Shown here piece after piece: positions 17,660-25,989 of a stretch of 64,000 bases of DNA. The DNA is from a virus. A model generated the notes under the pieces. The model did no database searches and had not been told where the DNA came from. It worked only from the letters and a program-made list of their open reading frames with translations. The translations under genes were made by a program, and so were the position numbers. Within the stretch, counting starts at the first letter, position 1; each line of letters opens with the position of its first letter. The DNA is taken from the IMG/VR virus record IMGVR_UViG_3300036851_000321, positions 1 through 64,000 of that record. One strand, 5' to 3'.

Positions 17660-18222
17660 TCAGTCACCACGTCGGCCTTCGCCCCGTACCCGTCCCCGTA
17701 CCCGTCCCCGTACCCGGACCCGTACCCGGACCCGTACCCGGACCCGTACCCGGACCCGTACCCGTACCCGGACCCGTACCCGGACCCGTCCCCGTACCCG
17801 GACCCGTACCCGTCCCCGGACCCGTCCCCGTACCCGTCCCCGTCCCCGGACCCGTACCCGGACCCGTCCCCGGACCCGTCCCCGGACCCGAGATCGATCG
17901 TGCCGCTCGCTACGCGCACGCCACGATCTTTGGCGTACTGATTTGGCGTGACCTCGCGCAGTAGACGAACGCGGCGCGCGACCACCTTGGTCTCCGTCGC
18001 GGCGTCACCGATGATGTCCTCTGCCTCCGCCTCGAAAAGTCGTGCGGCCCCGTCCCGCCACCAAGACTCAGGCGTCGGCGTGAGATGCAGTCCGCTCTCG
18101 CACATGCGGACGCTCGCCACCTCGTGCCAATCACCCGGCTTCCCTCCTGTCGGAAGGGACCACTGAAGCGACCCGCCGTGACAACTCCGACCGTCCTTGC
18201 CAAGGACCTTGTAGAGCTTCAC
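17656..18222 (-). CDS. Phage protein (DUF7666-like N-terminus) with Gly-X repeat tail
   Basis: KLYK...CHGG...MCESGLH...[13 protein letters not shown] then 34 GS/GD/GY dipeptides. Confidence 0.7.
   Translation of the reverse strand: MKLYKVLGKDGRSCHGGSLQWSLPTGGKPGDWHEVASVRMCESGLHLTPTPESWWRDGAARLFEAEAEDIIGDAATETKVVARRVRLLREVTPNQYAKDRGVRVASGTIDLGSGDGSGDGSGYGSGDGDGYGDGSGDGYGSGYGDGSGYGSGYGYGSGYGSGYGSGYGSGYGDGYGDGYGAKADVVTE
17683..17886. repeat. 34 tandem hexamers CCC(GTA/GGA/GTC)
   Basis: Directly visible; only three hexamer variants. Confidence 0.95.
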
Positions 18223-18515
18223 TTCCACGGCCCCTCGTTCCACGCTTTCTCCGCGTCACTGGAGCACTCGAGAACAGATGTGATGTTGCGGAGCGTGATG
18301 TCTGCGGCGGGACCGATCTTGCAATTCTTATTTGGACCGGACGACGCCAAGCCCATGAAGCCGCGCAGCTCTTGGGACCAGTAGACACACAGGCGCGCCT
18401 TCTTCAGCGCGATCGTCTCGCCGTCCGTGTCGTCCGCGTAGCCAAAGAACACGCCGCGGTGGGCGGTGGTGACGACGACGGGGCGACTCTTTTTGCCATT
18501 CGACGTGGATTTCAT
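18219..18515 (-). CDS. Phage protein (DUF6948-like)
   Basis: VVVTTAHRGVFFG...LKKARLCVYW...GLASSGP. Confidence 0.7.
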   Translation of the reverse strand: MKSTSNGKKSRPVVVTTAHRGVFFGYADDTDGETIALKKARLCVYWSQELRGFMGLASSGPNKNCKIGPAADITLRNITSVLECSSDAEKAWNEGPWK

Positions 18516-18687
18516 TTGCGTTCCCTTCTTGCGACTCAACTCGGCCATCTGTCCTCCAGCTGCATGAGGTAATCGGCGTGAAAACTCGCGAGCTCCAACA
18601 CGAGCCCTTCGGGGTAGACGCCGCCGTGTAGGTAGCGGGCGAGGTCGAAGCACAGGCCTCGGAGGTGGGAGGCGTAGCGGGGGTCCA

Positions 18688-18954
18688 TTAGGAAGCCCTC
18701 TTGCGCTGAAGCGAAGCGCGCCTGTCATATTCAGAAATCACCATCTCCCTCGTCTCCCTCGAGGGCTCCCGACACCCGGCAAGCGCCGCGTACGCCGCCC
18801 AGTCAGCCGCGTGAAACAGCCGGAGCCAGGCAGCGATCACGTGGGCGTCGGCGAGGATGTCAACGCGGGCTTCTACGCGCTCGCGGTCGATGGCGGAGAT
18901 GAGGGCGCGGGATTTGTTGAGGCGGGCGATGCGCTCGAAGTTGTTGGCGCTCAC
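18688..18954 (-). CDS. Hypothetical early protein
   Basis: GTGA coupling. Confidence 0.6.
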   Translation of the reverse strand: MSANNFERIARLNKSRALISAIDRERVEARVDILADAHVIAAWLRLFHAADWAAYAALAGCREPSRETREMVISEYDRRASLQRKRAS

Positions 18955-19151
18955 GGCTGCACCTCTGCCGGTTTGATGTCACACTTCCGGTCGATCGCGA
19001 TGGTGAGCGGGTTGCGCGTCGCCGTAAGGACGACGGGCATCCCAGTGGCCGTCTTGCGTCGCACCCAGGCCGGCAGCCACTTGCCGCCGAACAGGATCTC
19101 GACGCGCTGCCGCACGCTGTAGGCGTCTTGCCAACGGGCGCGTACCTTCAT
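18951..19151 (-). CDS. Small hypothetical protein
   Basis: AGGAGG RBS, ATGA coupling. Confidence 0.55.
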   Translation of the reverse strand: MKVRARWQDAYSVRQRVEILFGGKWLPAWVRRKTATGMPVVLTATRNPLTIAIDRKCDIKPAEVQP

Positions 19152-19303
19152 GGTTCCTCCTTTTCGCAGCAGTCGTCACAGACGTTGTCGTCCGGATGTC
19201 CCGGCTCGAAGTCCTCGCCGCACACGTCGCACGTGTAGATGTCAGCCAGATCCTCTGATTCGCTGTACTCAGCGTCCGCTCCTCCGAAATCCCAGTCGGT
19301 CAT
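19148..19303 (-). CDS. Small acidic zinc-ribbon protein
   Basis: CDVCG...CDDC. Confidence 0.55.
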   Translation of the reverse strand: MTDWDFGGADAEYSESEDLADIYTCDVCGEDFEPGHPDDNVCDDCCEKEEP

Positions 19304-19743
19304 GGCGACGCCTTCGGCGCGTGAACGAAACCGGCTGCACGAATCCGCCGAACGCACTCGGGGCACGTGACGAAGGCCGCCTCCCGGCTTTTCTTGCTCT
19401 TCAGCGTGGCGAAGGGGTGGAGGCCGCCGCTCGCCTCGTGCGCGTCCTCGAGCCCACGACCACAGACGAGCTCGACCTGACCGCTCCTGAGCTTGCGCTC
19501 CTGGTAGACACGGCGACCGGACCAGCAACTATCGCCGCCAGAGAAGCCCACGAAGGTCGCCGAGCGCGCATGGATCGGCTCGGGCTCGACGCTGGCGATC
19601 CGAGCGTCGTCGCCATTACGACGAGCCTCGGCCTGGAGCGCGATGCACTCCTCCTTCGTGCCGCGCCCGCTCTCGAGGAACTCGCCACGAACGAAGACGA
19701 GTACCCGGTGGGTAGCAGCCACTATGGCGACTGCGGCGCTCAC
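19300..19743 (-). CDS. Hypothetical early protein
   Basis: GTGA/ATGA coupling; C-terminal TCPEC. Confidence 0.5.
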   Translation of the reverse strand: MSAAVAIVAATHRVLVFVRGEFLESGRGTKEECIALQAEARRNGDDARIASVEPEPIHARSATFVGFSGGDSCWSGRRVYQERKLRSGQVELVCGRGLEDAHEASGGLHPFATLKSKKSREAAFVTCPECVRRIRAAGFVHAPKASP

Positions 19744-20192
19744 GATCCAGCCCTCCCGCACATCGCCCCAACCCCGCCAAACAACTCCGCCCGATCCCAC
19801 ACCCAAAACGTCTGCCGGAATCCCGACCCCGTCATCCCGGTACGGTTCCGGCTCGCGCATTCGAGGTCGGCCGCCTCACGGGTCGCGTGCTCGCCGTGGT
19901 GCGTCGTGGCGTTGAAGCCCGGGTGGTCCTCGACGACAACGAAGCGGGAGGCCAGGCGGTTCTCGATGATCTGGTGCGCGCGCTTGATCTCCGAGGCGGT
20001 CGGGTAGCCTGAGCGAGAGAGCGCCAGGAGCTCGCGGGAGAGCGAGGGGGAGGCGATCGGGCGGACGGGGGCGAGCGGGGGGAGGCCTTCGACCAGGGAG
20101 ATCGTTGGGACCCGGGGCGGCCGAAGGGGGCTCGCTACGGGGGTGAGGTCGGTCGGGAGGGCTGGAACGGTTGGGGTGGAGAGGGTTTGCAT
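19740..20192 (-). CDS. First gene of the leftward early operon
   Basis: ATG about 20 nt downstream of left operator/promoter. Confidence 0.55.
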   Translation of the reverse strand: MQTLSTPTVPALPTDLTPVASPLRPPRVPTISLVEGLPPLAPVRPIASPSLSRELLALSRSGYPTASEIKRAHQIIENRLASRFVVVEDHPGFNATTHHGEHATREAADLECASRNRTGMTGSGFRQTFWVWDRAELFGGVGAMCGRAGS

Positions 20193-20212
20193 GGGGTGCT
20201 CTGTGCTGACTC

Positions 20213-20245
20213 GTAAAGGTAAACATACCTTGACCGTCTTGGCAA
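20213..20245 (-). promoter_or_regulatory. PL/OL-like promoter-operator
   Basis: AAGGTA-N4-TACCTT (20216-20231); TTGCCA-N18-TACCTT on - strand. Confidence 0.7.
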
Positions 20246-20285
20246 AGAGAAATCGACCTACGCGGTGCGTTATTTCACCCTAGGG

Positions 20286-20645
20286 CTACCCCGTGGGCTT
20301 GTGGCTCGGGCGCTCTTCGGACTCAGGAGCGACGCTGTCTCCGCGTCGCTTCCTGGCGAATTCCATGACCTTTCGGTCGCGGTACTCCCGCCCTTGCCGC
20401 TCCCACCACCCTAGCGCGTCGTCCAGGATCTGGCCCGGCGATCTGCCGTCTAGTTTGGCCAGGCGGATGAGCGTCCACACTCCGCCTCCGGGTTTCCCCG
20501 TTCGGATCTGCGAGACCTGGGCCTTGCTGACCCCCGTGCGTCGCTGGATCTCTGGTCCGTTGATGCCAGCGCGGTCCCAGTTCTCGAGCAATAGCCCGAG
20601 GTACCAAAAAAGAGCTTCCCCCCGGTCGTCGTCCGGGTTTGCCAT
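20286..20645 (-). CDS. CI-like HTH repressor
   Basis: GPEIQRRTGVSKAQVSQIRTGKPG..TLIRLA; divergent from cro-like gene and flanked by operators. Confidence 0.7.
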   Translation of the reverse strand: MANPDDDRGEALFWYLGLLLENWDRAGINGPEIQRRTGVSKAQVSQIRTGKPGGGVWTLIRLAKLDGRSPGQILDDALGWWERQGREYRDRKVMEFARKRRGDSVAPESEERPSHKPTG

Positions 20646-20698
20646 TGGGCGCGCGACACACTCTAGCGTCAAGCCGACCTTACGCTAAAAGAAAGTAC

Positions 20699-20733
20699 TT
20701 GCACGTTCCGGTAAAGGTATGCTTACCTTGACC
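20699..20733 (+). promoter_or_regulatory. PR/OR-like promoter-operator
   Basis: AAGGTA-N4-TACCTT (20714-20729); 19/21 identical to left site when each is read on its transcribed strand; TTGCAC at 20699. Confidence 0.7.
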
Positions 20734-20737
20734 CGAG

Positions 20738-21061
20738 ATGAGCGACGCCGAGTTCCCGGGCCCGGAGCTGTTTGAGGGGTTCCTCACGGCTCATGACATC
20801 AAGCGGGAGGCGGCCGGCGAGGCGCTTGGCGTCTCCAGAATGACCATCTGGTCCTGGATAAACCGCGAGTCGGTTCCGTCTGAGCAGTCGCGCCACGACA
20901 TCGGAATTTGGACGAATGGCGCGGTACCGGCCGAGAGCTGGCCCCCGTCTGCCGATCGCCGGAAGAGGGTCGTCGAGGTGGCGCCGTTTGAGCCGAAGCC
21001 GTCGGACGACGATCCGCCCGCCTCCGAATCAAAGCCAAACGGACACGAGGGGGCGGCTTGA
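20738..21061 (+). CDS. Cro-like HTH protein
   Basis: REAAGEALGVSRMTIWSWINRESVPS...TNGAVPAESW. Confidence 0.75.
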   Translation: MSDAEFPGPELFEGFLTAHDIKREAAGEALGVSRMTIWSWINRESVPSEQSRHDIGIWTNGAVPAESWPPSADRRKRVVEVAPFEPKPSDDDPPASESKPNGHEGAA

Positions 21062-22011
21062 GACGCCTGGCGCGCCCCACCACCGACACCGAACGCGCCG
21101 AGGGCTCGCGGTATGGCCGCTGGGTGCTCGTCGAGCGAGCGTCCGGCATGAAGGTTCGCGCCCGTTGCGACTGTGGCAACGAGAAGGTTGTTTACTTCTT
21201 CAATCTCCGAAGCGGAATGTCGCGGTCGTGCGGCTGTCTCGCCCGCGAGGTGTGCAGCGCGAATGCCCGCACCCACGGCGGCACGGGGACAGCCATCTAC
21301 CGGATTTGGGCGGGCATGAAGGCCCGGTGTCACGGATCGCCAAGGCTGAAGCAGTTCAAGGACTACGGCGGGCGCGGGATCGCGGTCTGTCCGGAGTGGC
21401 TCGGCGATGGAGGATTCGAGCGCTTCGTAGCGGACATGGGGCCACGTCCGTCGCCGAAGCACTCGCTCGATCGCTATCCCGACAACAACGGGAACTACGA
21501 GCCGGGAAACTGTCGGTGGGCGACCGACAAGGAGCAGGCGCGCAACACTCGCAGAAACGTCTGGCTCGAGCACGGCGGTCGCCGGATGCTCGCCACCGAC
21601 TGGGCGACGGAGCTCGGCATCTCGCGTCAGGCCATCGAGCAACGAATCCGTTGGGGCTGGTCGGAGGAAAAAATCTGTACGACGCGGGGTCCCAAGCTTG
21701 CAGACGTTCTGCGCGGGCGCGTTCCCGGAACACGTAAGCTTGTGTGCAACGGAGTCCGCGACACAGTCGCGGGCTGGGAGCGACGGACCGGCGTCAACCA
21801 CCGAACGATACTCACGCGTCTGAAAGCCGGTCGCTCGGTTGAGGAAGCATTGACGGTTGGCCGGCTTCCGGTGCGCCGCCGCCCGCGCGAGGCGGTTCCT
21901 CGTGTTCGGTATGACCATCCGCGCCCTCCGCGCAAACGTACCCAGTGCAGCCGATGCGCCGGCTTCGGCCACAACAAGGCCACCTGCGAAAACCAGATCA
22001 AGGCCGCCTAG
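21058..22011 (+). CDS. HNH-type homing endonuclease-like protein
   Basis: CDCG, SCGC, YGGRGI.VC.EW, HSLDR.PDNNGNYEPGNCRWAT.KEQ.RN; two HTH-like repeats; zinc knuckle. Confidence 0.8.
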   Translation: MRRLARPTTDTERAEGSRYGRWVLVERASGMKVRARCDCGNEKVVYFFNLRSGMSRSCGCLAREVCSANARTHGGTGTAIYRIWAGMKARCHGSPRLKQFKDYGGRGIAVCPEWLGDGGFERFVADMGPRPSPKHSLDRYPDNNGNYEPGNCRWATDKEQARNTRRNVWLEHGGRRMLATDWATELGISRQAIEQRIRWGWSEEKICTTRGPKLADVLRGRVPGTRKLVCNGVRDTVAGWERRTGVNHRTILTRLKAGRSVEEALTVGRLPVRRRPREAVPRVRYDHPRPPRKRTQCSRCAGFGHNKATCENQIKAA

Positions 22012-22139
22012 CCCATGCGCACTCTCGCCCGCACCACCCTTCTCGTCACCGTAGCCGTCGGCATCGTCGCGGTCACGGTGGCTGGGTTTGCGTTTGAGCG
22101 TCTGTATCAGGTGTTGGAGAAGAAGCCGAAGGAGGACGC

Positions 22140-22445
22140 TTGAGCGCCCACACCTCTGAGCGTCCGTCGGGACCTGGTCTCGCGAAGTGTCCATCATTCT
22201 CCGAGGACGAGAACAGCAACTTGCGCGCCAAGGTTCAGTTCGAGGCGCGCATCGTCGCGGTTGGTCTCGGTGGCCGCTCTGTTCGCTGGCTCGCCGACAA
22301 CGTGTTCAAGGTCCCGCACACGACACTGGCGGAGCGCAGATCTCGCCGTCGTCTCGATCTGGCGCCGAAGGAAGAATGGTTCCGCGCGCTGAACGAGTGG
22401 GCGGACTGGCAGCGGCTCGGATCGAAGTTTGGAGCGTCGCGCTGA
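22140..22445 (+). CDS. Putative HTH protein (CII position)
   Basis: SVRWLADNVFKVPHTTLAER; AGGAGG RBS. Confidence 0.5.
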   Translation: MSAHTSERPSGPGLAKCPSFSEDENSNLRAKVQFEARIVAVGLGGRSVRWLADNVFKVPHTTLAERRSRRRLDLAPKEEWFRALNEWADWQRLGSKFGASR

Positions 22446-22581
22446 TGGTCTTTTTTTTGGCCCCACCGTGTCCGCGTACAGCAATCTTTGCGCACGATCG
22501 CCAAACCACGCAACGCGCGTGGGTGAAGGTTCGCTCAGGGTCCACGAATGTTGCGCGTCGCGTATGTTCAGGGGGTGAGTC

Positions 22582-22923
22582 GTGATCAGCACCCGTCAAC
22601 GCGAGGCCCTCTGTGCCCTCGGCCGTGATGAATGGGTCGTCGCGTCGGAGGTAGCAAAGCGCGCCGGGATGTCTTCCGCCTATGGCCCGCTGACGCGACT
22701 GATGCGCATGGGCCTGGTCGAGCTCGACGGCTCAACGTGGCCGCATCGTTGGCGACGCACTGGCGCGAACGTTCGCTTCAACGACGGCGGCCCCCCGTGG
22801 GAAACCGCCTGCTCAAGTTTCGAGCCTGGCGACGAACTGACTCCGTTACCGGACGACATCTGCGGCGCGTGCGGGCGATCCCACGCAGAGCACGCGTCCA
22901 CCCTTTCAGCCGGAGCCGCGTAG
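22582..22923 (+). CDS. Winged-helix protein with C-terminal Cys/His motif
   Basis: ASEVAKRAGM...LTRLMRMGLVE; C...CGACGRSHAEH. Confidence 0.55.
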   Translation: MISTRQREALCALGRDEWVVASEVAKRAGMSSAYGPLTRLMRMGLVELDGSTWPHRWRRTGANVRFNDGGPPWETACSSFEPGDELTPLPDDICGACGRSHAEHASTLSAGAA

Positions 22924-23031
22924 CCGAATGCCTTCCCCGACTACGCGCACACGTGTCCCCGCTGGTGGGATCCAAATGCACTGGGAATCCTGCCGTATCG
23001 GCATGCCCGCCTTGAACTGCAACGGAGGTGG

Positions 23032-23253
23032 GTGATGGGTCGCCCGTTTCTCGCCCAGCTCGTCATCGACATCGCCAAGAACCTTGGCGCGCACGTCTGC
23101 GTGTCATGCGGCACGTGGTCGTTTCGCTCGTGGGAGCGGTTGCGCGAACGCGGCTGGTGGCACGGGACGTGGGGCGCCCCGCCCTACGACGGGATCACGC
23201 TCTGCGATGACTGCCACCAAAACAGCGAGGGCGCCGATGTGCCGCTCGGGTAA
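23032..23253 (+). CDS. Small zinc-finger protein
   Basis: CVSCG...LCDDCH. Confidence 0.5.
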   Translation: MMGRPFLAQLVIDIAKNLGAHVCVSCGTWSFRSWERLRERGWWHGTWGAPPYDGITLCDDCHQNSEGADVPLG

Positions 23254-23629
23254 GACCATGCTCTGCTACGTACCGATTCCCGGCAGGTTGAGTCACACCG
23301 GCGAGCGTCGGTGGTCGTGGAAACCGGTGGACTGGTGCATCGCCGAACTCGTGTGCGAGCTCAACCGAGCGGGAGAACTCACGGCCGGTTCGTGCTGTGG
23401 CCATCGGCGCGGCGCACCGGGTTCCGTTGTGTTCCACGACGGGCGGGATCTCACCGTCAAGGAGGCGACGGGGCTTCTTTCGACCCACGGCGTTGTGCTC
23501 CAGAAGCACATCCATCCGGCCGATCCATCGCGCGGCGACGGCACGGGTTCGGTCTACTACCCAGAGCGCGATCAGTTCCGAGACTTCTCGCGGCCGTCGC
23601 ACCGCGCGCGCAGCTTGGGGGAAACGTAA
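23237..23629 (+). CDS. Phage protein with TYW3-like motif
   Basis: VDWCIAELVCELNRAGELTAGSCCGH. Confidence 0.55.
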   Translation: MCRSGKTMLCYVPIPGRLSHTGERRWSWKPVDWCIAELVCELNRAGELTAGSCCGHRRGAPGSVVFHDGRDLTVKEATGLLSTHGVVLQKHIHPADPSRGDGTGSVYYPERDQFRDFSRPSHRARSLGET

Positions 23630-23860
23630 GCCGATGTCTCTCTCGATGAACGCCCCCCTAACCCGACTCGACAGAAACGGCCACCACTCCCTAGCCGCGC
23701 CGCTGTCCCGCACTTCCCAGCTCTCCCGCCTTCTGCTCGAGGCCGCCATCGTCTTCGCGATCGTCGGGGCTGCTCTCGTGTACATCGGGTGGTTGGCCGA
23801 AGGGTTTGTGCCGGTGTGGGTGGAGCGGGAGAGCGGGGACGAGATGCGAACGGAGGAGCC

Positions 23861-24088
23861 GTGAGCGACGAAGCCAGGATCCTGATTCTCGGCTTGGCGA
23901 TCCCGATCTTCGCCTTTGCTGGGCTTTGGTCCGGCATGCGCCGCGGGAAAATCGATGCCTGGGACGCCACCACCACCGCGATCGAAAACGACAGGTGCGC
24001 CCTCCGCGGTCTCGTGCTCCTCCGTGGCCAAGCCGGCGAGTTCGTCTGCGTGCAGCCCGGGGCGGAGAAGTATCGGGGGAAGCGGTGA
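23861..24088 (+). CDS. Small membrane protein
   Basis: ILILGLAIPIFAFAGLW; GGAGGAG RBS; GTGA overlaps. Confidence 0.5.
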   Translation: MSDEARILILGLAIPIFAFAGLWSGMRRGKIDAWDATTTAIENDRCALRGLVLLRGQAGEFVCVQPGAEKYRGKR

Positions 24089-24381
24089 GCCTCCCCGTCG
24101 TCCTGATTCCACACCCTCACGTCCGAATGGACGCGAGCGTCATGAACGGGAGCCCGTACGTCGTCGGTTCGCGCGTTCCGGTGCGTCGGATCTACGGGTT
24201 CTTCAAGGGCGGATCCAGCTTGGAGCGCATCGTCAAACGTTACCCGCAGCTCGGTGCCGCCAAGGTGATCGACGCGCTCGCCTTCGCGCTCGACAACACG
24301 GACCTGTTGGAGGCGGACATCGCTCGGGAGCAGGCCAATATCGACAGGGTGACAAGGGGCACGGAGGCGCCGAAGCCGTGA
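24085..24381 (+). CDS. DUF433-family protein
   Basis: MNGSPYVVGSRVPVRRI...GSSLERIVKRYPQL...VIDALAF. Confidence 0.8.
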   Translation: MSLPVVLIPHPHVRMDASVMNGSPYVVGSRVPVRRIYGFFKGGSSLERIVKRYPQLGAAKVIDALAFALDNTDLLEADIAREQANIDRVTRGTEAPKP

Positions 24382-24532
24382 TGCGCCCCACCCTCTTCAC
24401 CATCCGCGCAATCCGCGCCTACTCCCGCCCGCCACGCATCTGGCTCACGTACGGGCTCGATGGCGCGGTCCGGCGGTTGCGGAGGGAGCAGAGGCGGAGC
24501 GACGAGCGGCGAACGGATTCAAGCGTTGGGAG

Positions 24533-24715
24533 GTGGTGTTGAAACTACCCGCCGACCTCACCTTCGCCGAGCTCCGGGAGATCGTCCGTGGCATCGTCCG
24601 TGAAGAGCGCGCAGCCGAGCGTAAGCTCCGGTCCGTGAAGGCACCGACGCGCAAGGCTTCGCCGAAGCGCGTCGCCCAGGTCCGCCGCTCACTTCGTCAG
24701 TTGGGGGTCGGATGA
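24533..24715 (+). CDS. Small basic protein preceding integrase (possible excisionase)
   Basis: ATGA overlap with int; ELREIVRGIVREE; position. Confidence 0.45.
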   Translation: MVLKLPADLTFAELREIVRGIVREERAAERKLRSVKAPTRKASPKRVAQVRRSLRQLGVG

Positions 24716-25989
24716 GGCGCCAGGCCGCCACCGTCGAAGAGCACCCGAGGGGATCGGGGCGGTTCCGCGTGCGAGCTCGCGTGAAGGGCAAGCGCCCGGT
24801 CATCGCGAGGGGCCTCGGTGAAGCAGAGGCGCACGAGATCGCTGATGCCTATCACGTGGTCCGCCACGAAACCGACCAGCAGGACCGGCTCACCCTGGCG
24901 GAGTTCGGTGAGAGCTTCCTGAAGCGCCGCGAACGATCCGGCGTCCGCGCTATCCGGACGGATCGGTCTCGCTGGAGCAAGCACATCGCGAAGGCACAGA
25001 TTGGTGAACTCCCGGTGGCTCAGCTCCACAGCCGCGATGTTTGGGGGTGGCTCGACGGCCTGACGGACCTCGCGTACCGCACCCAGCTCCGCCTCCTGAA
25101 CCTGCTCCGGGTGGCCCTCCAAGAAGCCGTCCGCCGGCGCGTGGCCGAGACCAACCCGGCCCGAGACGTGGAAATCCACAAGGCGGCTGCCGCTCGAGCG
25201 ACGGACGACCTGGAGGGCATCCTGAACCCCGCCGAGCAACAAGCTCTAGTTGCCGCCGTACCCGTCCGGGAGCGACCCACCGTCGTCTTTGCTCTCTGCA
25301 CCGGCCTCCGTCAGGCCGAGCAGTGGTGGCTCAAGTGGGAGGACGTGAAGCCCGACCGGGTGGTCGTCTCCCGCTCCGCCGATGGCCTGCCGACGAAGAG
25401 CGGGAAGCCTCGCCCGGTGCCCCTGCTGCCTCCAGCGCTCGCCGCCCTGGAGGCCCTCCCGCGGCGCTCCCCGTGGGTCTTCCCTGCCCTTCGCGGGTCA
25501 CGCCGAGCGAACGGCAAGCCGCCTCGCGGCTGGGCGAAGTGGGTCAAGGCGGCCGGTATCAAGCGCCCGATCCGCTGGCACGATCTCCGGCACACCTGCG
25601 CGACCTCGCTCCTAGCGGGTTGGTGGGGACGGAAGTGGTCGCTCGACGAAGTTTGCTCGCTGCTCGGACACTCGTCGGTGCAGGTGACGGAGCGGTACGC
25701 GCGGAAGCTAGACAGCACGCTGGAGGCCGCAGTCATTGGGACCACTGGTCCCACGGTCCCGACGCTGAAAGCGTCTAACCACTTGAGCCGACTGTCGGAT
25801 TTGAACCGACGACCTGTGCTTTACGAAAGCGCTGGAGAGGGGAAGGAAAACGCGAGGGTAGGTAAGCCGGTGGTCACACCCAGTGACCTCCATGACGACG
25901 CCGACTACTCCTTCGAGTGGGCCGCCACCCTAGCCGAACACCAAGAGCGGGCTGAGGCCTTCGCCGCCATCGGGGGAGGGTCGAGGTGA
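24712..25989 (+). CDS. int: Tyrosine integrase
   Basis: Catalytic set TGLRQAE, TKSGK, HDLRH, LGHS, ERYA. Confidence 0.93.
   Translation: MRRQAATVEEHPRGSGRFRVRARVKGKRPVIARGLGEAEAHEIADAYHVVRHETDQQDRLTLAEFGESFLKRRERSGVRAIRTDRSRWSKHIAKAQIGELPVAQLHSRDVWGWLDGLTDLAYRTQLRLLNLLRVALQEAVRRRVAETNPARDVEIHKAAAARATDDLEGILNPAEQQALVAAVPVRERPTVVFALCTGLRQAEQWWLKWEDVKPDRVVVSRSADGLPTKSGKPRPVPLLPPALAALEALPRRSPWVFPALRGSRRANGKPPRGWAKWVKAAGIKRPIRWHDLRHTCATSLLAGWWGRKWSLDEVCSLLGHSSVQVTERYARKLDSTLEAAVIGTTGPTVPTLKASNHLSRLSDLNRRPVLYESAGEGKENARVGKPVVTPSDLHDDADYSFEWAATLAEHQERAEAFAAIGGGSR
25785..25834 (-). other. attP: attP core: 3' half of tRNA-Thr(CGT) inside int
   Basis: Minus strand reads CAGCGCT-TTCGTAA-AGCAC-AGGTC-GTCGG-TTCAAAT-CCGAC-AGTCGGC-TC: anticodon arm, T arm, acceptor 3' strand; no D arm or 5' strand. 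Confidence 0.88.

Noticed and set aside
17683-17886. CRISPR array or DGR variable region
   Set aside because: Hexamer tandem repeat with no spacers, no template/variable repeat pair, and no cas or reverse transcriptase gene seen in the window
20791-22197. Long alternative ORFs such as 20791-22197(-), 54106-55467(+) and 16528-17529(+)
   Set aside because: Shadow frames of recognisable genes in high-GC DNA; Arg/Pro-rich with no motifs
25785-25860. Complete tRNA-Thr gene
   Set aside because: D arm and 5' acceptor strand are absent; treated as att core
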